This document shows positions 58,663-64,000 of a DNA stretch of 64,000 nucleotides, piece by piece (position 1 is the first letter of the stretch; the number at the start of each line of letters is the position of its first letter). A program made the translations under genes and the position numbers. Under the pieces are notes generated by a model. The model was not told where the DNA came from, did not search any database, and saw nothing but the letters and a program-made list of their open reading frames with translations. This DNA is from an uncultured Candidatus Saccharibacteria bacterium (GTDB lineage Bacteria > Patescibacteriota > Minisyncoccia > Portnoybacterales > UBA2143): positions 74,415 to 138,414 of the forward strand of contig CAYPQZ010000006.1 of assembly GCA_964413015.1 (NCBI GenBank). The letters run 5' to 3'.

Positions 58663-59343
58663 CTAATTGTTAAGCTTTTCTTCGATGATTTTTTCAAAGC
58701 TGTCATACGTCAGAGCGCCAACAACTTTCTGTCCGTTAATTAAGAAAGTTGGCGTTCCCTCAACACCATCTTCATTGGATTTCAAAAACCATCCTCTGAC
58801 AACTTCTTCGTGCTCGCCTGAATCAAAACACTGATTAAATTTATCCTGATTTAGCTCCAAATCCCCAGCTGCTTTTTTTAACGAATCAACTACCATAGTT
58901 TCCGCTTCTTCAGCAGAGCTTGCTTGGTTTATTTGCTCAAGAATTTCGTTAATATGCTCAAAAAGATATTCATCAAATTCCCAAAAACCCTTTTGATCTC
59001 CGGCGCAAAGAACCGCTATGCCCAGAATTGAAGGAGAAACGATCCGATGAACAAACTTAACTTGCCCTTCTTTAACGTACTTATCAATAATCAAAGGTAG
59101 AGTTTCTGAATGGAATTTAGCGCAGTATCCACACAAATGACTGGAGTATTCAATAATATCTACTGGCGCGTCTTTGTCGCCTAAAATAAATTCGTCGGTT
59201 AATTCAACCGGAGAATCGCTGGTAGCGTCAGTAATTGAAGCTGTCTGGTTATCAACTGGTTGTTTTCCCCAATTGGCATACCAAACAATACCCGCTAAAA
59301 CTAAAATTGCTCCAAAACCTAAAATGTATGTTTTTTTATTCAT
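58663..59343 (-). CDS. DsbA-like thiol:disulfide oxidoreductase, membrane-anchored
   Basis: CGYC active site in a thioredoxin fold with an N-terminal anchor. The start is taken at MNKKTYI. Confidence 0.65.
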   Translation of the reverse strand: MNKKTYILGFGAILVLAGIVWYANWGKQPVDNQTASITDATSDSPVELTDEFILGDKDAPVDIIEYSSHLCGYCAKFHSETLPLIIDKYVKEGQVKFVHRIVSPSILGIAVLCAGDQKGFWEFDEYLFEHINEILEQINQASSAEEAETMVVDSLKKAAGDLELNQDKFNQCFDSGEHEEVVRGWFLKSNEDGVEGTPTFLINGQKVVGALTYDSFEKIIEEKLNN

Positions 59344-59478
59344 GCCCCGTAGAAGAACTTTGACATTCACCTTAAATATCAAAATCTTAATTAATGTTTT
59401 TAATTTATTCTGTGTTTATACACCCCGTATGTCTATTTATTCGCCTTGGGCGAATGAGTCAAAGTTTCTCTACGGGGC
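59344..59478. repeat. Family-B element (TIR gccccgtagaagaactttga ... tcaaagtttctctacggggc)
   Basis: Lies between the dsbA-like start and the mtaD-like stop. The internal palindrome ttcgccttgggcgaa is shared with the 42729 copy. Confidence 0.8.
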
Positions 59479-59502
59479 AGGCACTTTAACCTAACATCTT
59501 TT

Positions 59503-60795
59503 TTAAAAAATAGCAAACTTTTTAGCTTGGTCTAAAACTTTATCCTGATTGACTCTTTCTATTTCCCTGTTTTCCATAAACACTCGGCCGTTAATAATCG
59601 CTGTTTCTACATCACTGCCTTTAGCTGAATAAACTAAATGAGAAATGACATTATGGCAAGGTGCCAAATGCGGATTTTTAAAATCAAGAACAATTAAATC
59701 AGCCTGTTTGCCCTTTTCTAAAGAGCCGATTTCTTTTTCTAAATTCAAGGCTCTGGCTCCATTAATGGTCGCCATATCTAAAACTGTTTGTGCATCAGCT
59801 ACTGTCGGATTTAACTGATTAACTTTGTGCAATAAGGCGGCGGTTTTCATTTCTTCAAACATATCCAAGCTATTATTGGAACAGGCGCTATCGGTGCCTA
59901 AGCTGATATTGATTCCGGCCTTAAGCATTTCCGTCAAAGGCATAGTTCCGGAAGCCAGCTTCATATTGGAAATCGGACAATGAGCCACCGAGGCGCCGGA
60001 CTGGGCTAAAATTTTAATTTCCTTTTTATTCAGCCAGCAGCAATGGACTAATAAGGTTTTATCATCCAGAATTCCTGCCTTAAATAAAACTTCAATTGGC
60101 CGCTTTTTGTATTTTTTCAGACAATAATCCACTTCCCCTTTAGTTTCAGACAAATGAGTCATTAAAAGCAAATTGTTTCCTTTAGAGATTTCTTTGCACT
60201 GTTGATAAGTTTTTAAAGAGGTTGTCTGAAACATATGCGGCGCTAAAGCAACACTAAGAATATCCCCTTTAGTGGACCGGATCATTTTTTTAGCCTGTTC
60301 CAGCGCTTCCAAAGGGCTTTTGAAAGCAAAAGTCGGCAAATCAAGTGCCGCGCATCCCAAAATTCCCCGCATGCCAATTTCGCGAACTGCTTTAGCTACT
60401 TGATCCTCATAGTAATAAAAATCAGTGAAGCAAGTCGTTCCTGATTTAATCATTTCCAGTATAGCCAGTAAAGAACCTACATAAACATGATGGGGCGTAA
60501 ATTGTGATTCAGCCGGATAAATATGCTTAAGCCACCATTTTTCCAAAGATAAGTCGTCAGCATATCCCCTCAATAAAGTCATTGCCAGATGGCCATGGGT
60601 ATTAATCAGACCAGGCATAACTATTTTCCCTTGACCATCAATTACTTTTTTGGCCTGTCTGGCATATTTTTTTTCTATGGTTTTACTCTGGCCAATATCT
60701 TTAATTTTATCGCGCTCAATAAAAAGCCCAGCATTTTCAACAATCCGCCGTTTATTATCTTGAGTAACTAAAGTGGCATTTTTAATCAAAATCAT
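59503..60795 (-). CDS. Amidohydrolase, MTA/SAH deaminase (MtaD)-like
   Basis: PGLINTHGHLAMTLLRG metal-binding HxH and the fold pattern of the SsnA/MtaD/guanine deaminase family. Confidence 0.7.
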   Translation of the reverse strand: MILIKNATLVTQDNKRRIVENAGLFIERDKIKDIGQSKTIEKKYARQAKKVIDGQGKIVMPGLINTHGHLAMTLLRGYADDLSLEKWWLKHIYPAESQFTPHHVYVGSLLAILEMIKSGTTCFTDFYYYEDQVAKAVREIGMRGILGCAALDLPTFAFKSPLEALEQAKKMIRSTKGDILSVALAPHMFQTTSLKTYQQCKEISKGNNLLLMTHLSETKGEVDYCLKKYKKRPIEVLFKAGILDDKTLLVHCCWLNKKEIKILAQSGASVAHCPISNMKLASGTMPLTEMLKAGINISLGTDSACSNNSLDMFEEMKTAALLHKVNQLNPTVADAQTVLDMATINGARALNLEKEIGSLEKGKQADLIVLDFKNPHLAPCHNVISHLVYSAKGSDVETAIINGRVFMENREIERVNQDKVLDQAKKFAIF

Positions 60796-61409
60796 ATTTT
60801 ACAAATTGGTCTAAAACTTTTGCGATGGATTTCTGAAGGACCGAATTTTTTTAATTTTTCAAAATGAAGCTTGGTCCCATATCCTTTATGTTCCATAAAT
60901 CCATACTGGGGATATTTCTTATTCAGCCGGCACATTAACTTGTCTCGGCTTACTTTAGCAATTATAGAAGCCAGAGAAACAGTCATAATTTTTTCATCGC
61001 CTTTAACTATTGACTGCTGTTCAATATTTAGATTACTTAAAGTTCTGTTGCCATCTAAAAAAAGAAAATCCGGAGAGCAATTTAGCTTTTTAATACAGCG
61101 CCGCCAGGTTAATTCGGTCGCTTTCAAAATATTAATCCGGTCAATTGTTTTTGGCCAAACAAAGCTGACTTTCCATTTAATACCCGATTCCTGTTTAATT
61201 GCCTCAAATATTTCTTCTCTCTGTTTTTCAGAAAGCTGTTTGGAATCTTTAATTTTTAATCCCCTAAAACTAGGCAAATCATCTTTATCAATTAAAACAG
61301 CCGCCCCGGCTACCGGACCGGCTAAAGGCCCCCTCCCGGCTTCGTCAACTCCGGCAATTAACCGGTAGCCCTGCTTGAAAAGAGATTTTTCTTGAAATGA
61401 AAAAGCCAC
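60792..61409 (-). CDS. rnhB: Ribonuclease HII
   Basis: IAGVDEAGRGPLAGPV. Confidence 0.9.
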   Translation of the reverse strand: MAFSFQEKSLFKQGYRLIAGVDEAGRGPLAGPVAGAAVLIDKDDLPSFRGLKIKDSKQLSEKQREEIFEAIKQESGIKWKVSFVWPKTIDRINILKATELTWRRCIKKLNCSPDFLFLDGNRTLSNLNIEQQSIVKGDEKIMTVSLASIIAKVSRDKLMCRLNKKYPQYGFMEHKGYGTKLHFEKLKKFGPSEIHRKSFRPICKI

Positions 61410-61439
61410 AAAATTAAGATGATTAAAGGATAGCCAATT

Positions 61440-61665
61440 AAAGGACAGTCCTTAAAATGATGTCCCTTGGGATAAGGACTATGATAAGGACAGTCCTTAA
61501 AATGATGTCCCTTGAGCACAAGGGCGTCATTTTAAAGACTGTTCTTATCAGTTTCCCTTTATCAAAATTTAAGGAGTCGTCCTTTCCCTCCAGAGACGGG
61601 CAGGCGGACACGCCCTTTGCCTTCTGTAAAGGGCGTGATCCTCAATGACAATCCTTAAATTTTTC
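61440..61665. repeat. Family-A modular repeat, full copy with duplicated half-hairpin (inverted orientation)
   Basis: aaggacagtccttaaaatgatgtcccttgg... then a full hairpin, then ...tcaaaatttaaggagtcgtcctttccctccagagacggg...gggcgtgatcctcaatgacaatccttaaattttt. Confidence 0.85.
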
Positions 61666-61692
61666 GTCTTCAAGCAAAAGGCCTATACATTT

Positions 61693-62652
61693 CTACTTAA
61701 CTAAATTAGGCGGGGTTTGGCTTTCTAAAGCTGCAATAACATTATTGGCAGCCATTTCAGCCATTTTGTCTCTAGTCCCTAAAGTTGCTGAAGCTATATG
61801 AGGCGTTAAAACAACATTTTCTAAATCGGTTAAACCAGGCGCCAATTCCGGCTCATTCTCAAAAACATCTAAAGCCGCTCCGGCAATTTTCTTTTCTTTT
61901 AATACTTCTACCAAAGCCACTTCATCAATAATTGGACCACGGGAAGTATTGATTAAATAGGCGCTCGGTTTCATTAGAGCTAACTTTTCCGCGCTGATTA
62001 AATGGCGAGTTTCGTCTGTCAAAGCGGTATGCAAACTCACAAAATCTGATTCTTTTAATAAATCGTCTAATTCCCGGTATTTCATGCCAAATTTTTCTTC
62101 TAATTCCTGATTGCGTTTAAGGTCGTAATAAATAATTTTAACATTGAAACCATTCTGCATCCGTTGAGCCACCGCTGAACCAATTCTCCCTAATCCAATA
62201 ATTCCCAGCGTTTTCCCTTGAATATCAGCTCCTAAAAGCATTTTAGGACCCCAAGCTTTATATTTGCCAGCCCTGACAAACTGATCTGCTTCAACGATTC
62301 TTTCGGCAATAGAAAAAAGAAAAGCAATTGTATGTTCAGCCACCGCTTCAGTTAAAACGCCCGGCGTATTAGTTACCAGAATCTCTCTCTTTTTAGCTTC
62401 AGCCACATCAATATTGTTATAACCAACCGCGTAATTGGCAATAATTTTTAACTGTTCCCCAGCCGCTTCCATAACTTCTCCATCTATCTTTTCAGTTAAA
62501 ACCGACAAAATCGCCTCAACTCCTTTAACTTTTTCCAATAATTCTTCTCTGGAGATTTCCCCTTCCGGGCCAACTTCAACTTCCCAGTTTTTATCTTTTA
62601 ACATTTTGATTCCTTTTTCAGGAATTTGACGAGTAATAAATACTTTTGGCAT
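61693..62652 (-). CDS. D-isomer-specific 2-hydroxyacid dehydrogenase (glyoxylate/hydroxypyruvate reductase-like)
   Basis: GIIGLGRIGSAVAQRM Rossmann motif and a catalytic R..E..H pattern. Confidence 0.8.
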   Translation of the reverse strand: MPKVFITRQIPEKGIKMLKDKNWEVEVGPEGEISREELLEKVKGVEAILSVLTEKIDGEVMEAAGEQLKIIANYAVGYNNIDVAEAKKREILVTNTPGVLTEAVAEHTIAFLFSIAERIVEADQFVRAGKYKAWGPKMLLGADIQGKTLGIIGLGRIGSAVAQRMQNGFNVKIIYYDLKRNQELEEKFGMKYRELDDLLKESDFVSLHTALTDETRHLISAEKLALMKPSAYLINTSRGPIIDEVALVEVLKEKKIAGAALDVFENEPELAPGLTDLENVVLTPHIASATLGTRDKMAEMAANNVIAALESQTPPNLVK

Positions 62653-62677
62653 AAATCTCCTTTCTTTTAATTATTAA

Positions 62678-64000
62678 TTATTTTTTGCTTCTTATAGGCA
62701 GTTTAAAATAGAAAGCACTGCCTTTGTTTTTACCTTCGGACTCAACCCAAATTTTCCCTTTATGCGCGTCAATTAGTTTGGCGGCTAAATACAGACCCAA
62801 GCCAACGCCTTCAGTATTCATCTTGCCGACTTCTTTGCCACGGGAAAACCTTTCAAAAAGAGTAACTTTTTCTTCTTCAGAAACGCCAATTCCCGTATCT
62901 TGAACACTGAAAACAAGTTTGCCTTTTTTCTCCTTAACTCTGACAGTTATTCCTCCTTTTTTAGTATAATGAATCGCGTTATCAATCAAATTCTGGATTA
63001 TCTGCCTGATTTTCAATGAATCAACCTTAACTTTAGGCAACGACTTTTTAGGTTTTAAATATTTTAGATAGAGTCCTTTCTTGTCGGCCAGTTGACTGAA
63101 TTCCTTAACCACGCTTTCGGCTAAATCGCCTAAATCCAACTTTTTCAAATCAAATTCCAAACGGCCTGATTCAATTCGGGAAACAGTCAGCAAATCCTCA
63201 ACTAATTTAATCAGCCGTTCATTACTTAGATATATTTTTTCTAATTGCTTTTCCTGTTCCTGATTAACTTTTCCCCAATCGCCTTCGAGCATCATGGAAA
63301 CATATCCCTTAATAATGCTTAAGGGAGTCCTTAATTGGTGAGAAGCTAGGGAAATAAATTCTGATTTGGCTTTGTCTAACTGTTCTAAGCGAATATTTGC
63401 TTCTCTTAAGTTTTTGGTCTGGCGATCAACTTCTTTTTGAAGCGTTTTGGAAAAATCCTTCATTTCTTCATAAAGCCGGGCGTTTTCCACCGCAATCGCC
63501 GCCTGAGCAGCGATTGTTTCCAAAACTTTGATATCTTCATTGGTAAACATGTCCCCTGATTTCTTGGGCTGCAAAAGAAACAAACCAACCAATCTTTCTT
63601 TAAGCAATAAAGGAATGGCTAAAGCTGTTTCCAGCTTTTCCATTTCTTTGATTAAAGAAACGCCTTGGACAATTCTATTTTCTTCGGCTTTTCTTCTTTT
63701 CAATTCTTCTAAGACCAAGGATTCCTTATTAATTCTGAAATATCCGATTAACTTTGATAAGGGGTTTTTCTCTGACTCTATTTTCAAATCGCCTTTATTT
63801 AAAGAAACTCCTTTAATCGCTTTCTGGGCTTTTTGCAAGGTTTTAACCTGCCGCAAGGGCTCGTCTAAAACGATGACTTCCATTTTACTGACTCTTAAGG
63901 ACTGGACAATTCGCTTTTTCAAGAAATCAATAACCTTGTTTAAATCAAGGGTCTGCGACAGGAAATCAGAAACATCGGCTACTAATTCCTGGGGACGGTA
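62678..64000 (-). CDS. Sensor histidine kinase with GAF domain (N-terminus beyond window end)
   Basis: H-box LASHQLRTPL, HATPase_c N/G1/G2 motifs. The reading frame stays open upstream to position 64000 (..LVADVSDFLSQTLDLNKVIDFLKK..). Confidence 0.8.
   Translation of the reverse strand, partial: YRPQELVADVSDFLSQTLDLNKVIDFLKKRIVQSLRVSKMEVIVLDEPLRQVKTLQKAQKAIKGVSLNKGDLKIESEKNPLSKLIGYFRINKESLVLEELKRRKAEENRIVQGVSLIKEMEKLETALAIPLLLKERLVGLFLLQPKKSGDMFTNEDIKVLETIAAQAAIAVENARLYEEMKDFSKTLQKEVDRQTKNLREANIRLEQLDKAKSEFISLASHQLRTPLSIIKGYVSMMLEGDWGKVNQEQEKQLEKIYLSNERLIKLVEDLLTVSRIESGRLEFDLKKLDLGDLAESVVKEFSQLADKKGLYLKYLKPKKSLPKVKVDSLKIRQIIQNLIDNAIHYTKKGGITVRVKEKKGKLVFSVQDTGIGVSEEEKVTLFERFSRGKEVGKMNTEGVGLGLYLAAKLIDAHKGKIWVESEGKNKGSAFYFKLPIRSKK

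Overview
The window is a gene-dense, low-GC bacterial chromosomal segment with CPR/Patescibacteria-like traits: short intergenic regions, many missing SD sequences, a split transketolase, a cupin-type PGI and a compact AspRS. It holds about 70 genes in long co-directional operons. The plus-strand block has dnaJ, tRNA-Lys, aspS, dacA-like, mraY-murD-ftsW-murG (dcw cluster), gltX, a PcsB-like coiled-coil peptidase operon, and xerC plus a Cas4-like nuclease. The minus-strand blocks carry rpmA/rplI, ctpA, a cell-envelope glycosylation cluster, dnaG-rpoD, htpX-lemA, groES-groEL, a central-carbon operon (gap-rpiB-rpe-tktN-tktC-pfkB-unknown-fba-fdx), a thiol-redox operon (nox/CoADR-trxB-grx), dsbA-like, mtaD-like, rnhB, gyaR and an orphan GAF histidine kinase. 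The most unusual feature is two families of intergenic repeats at very high density (about 20 copies in 64 kb). Family A is a modular element with a 58-60 bp perfect hairpin (aaggacagtccttaaaatga...). Family B is about 140 bp with ~20 bp terminal inverted repeats (ccccgtagaagaattttgaa ... ttcaaaatttctctacgggg). Two family-B copies are flanked by TCATA direct repeats exactly at stop/start junctions, and one abuts tRNA-Leu. Several repeats supply start or stop codons of flanking genes. Other points are an identical 39-bp ATTCGTA-heptad leader immediately upstream of both groEL and gap, two PcsB-like coiled-coil hydrolase paralogs with swapped catalytic domains (C39/CHAP-like versus SLT), and two unannotated small basic ORFs.
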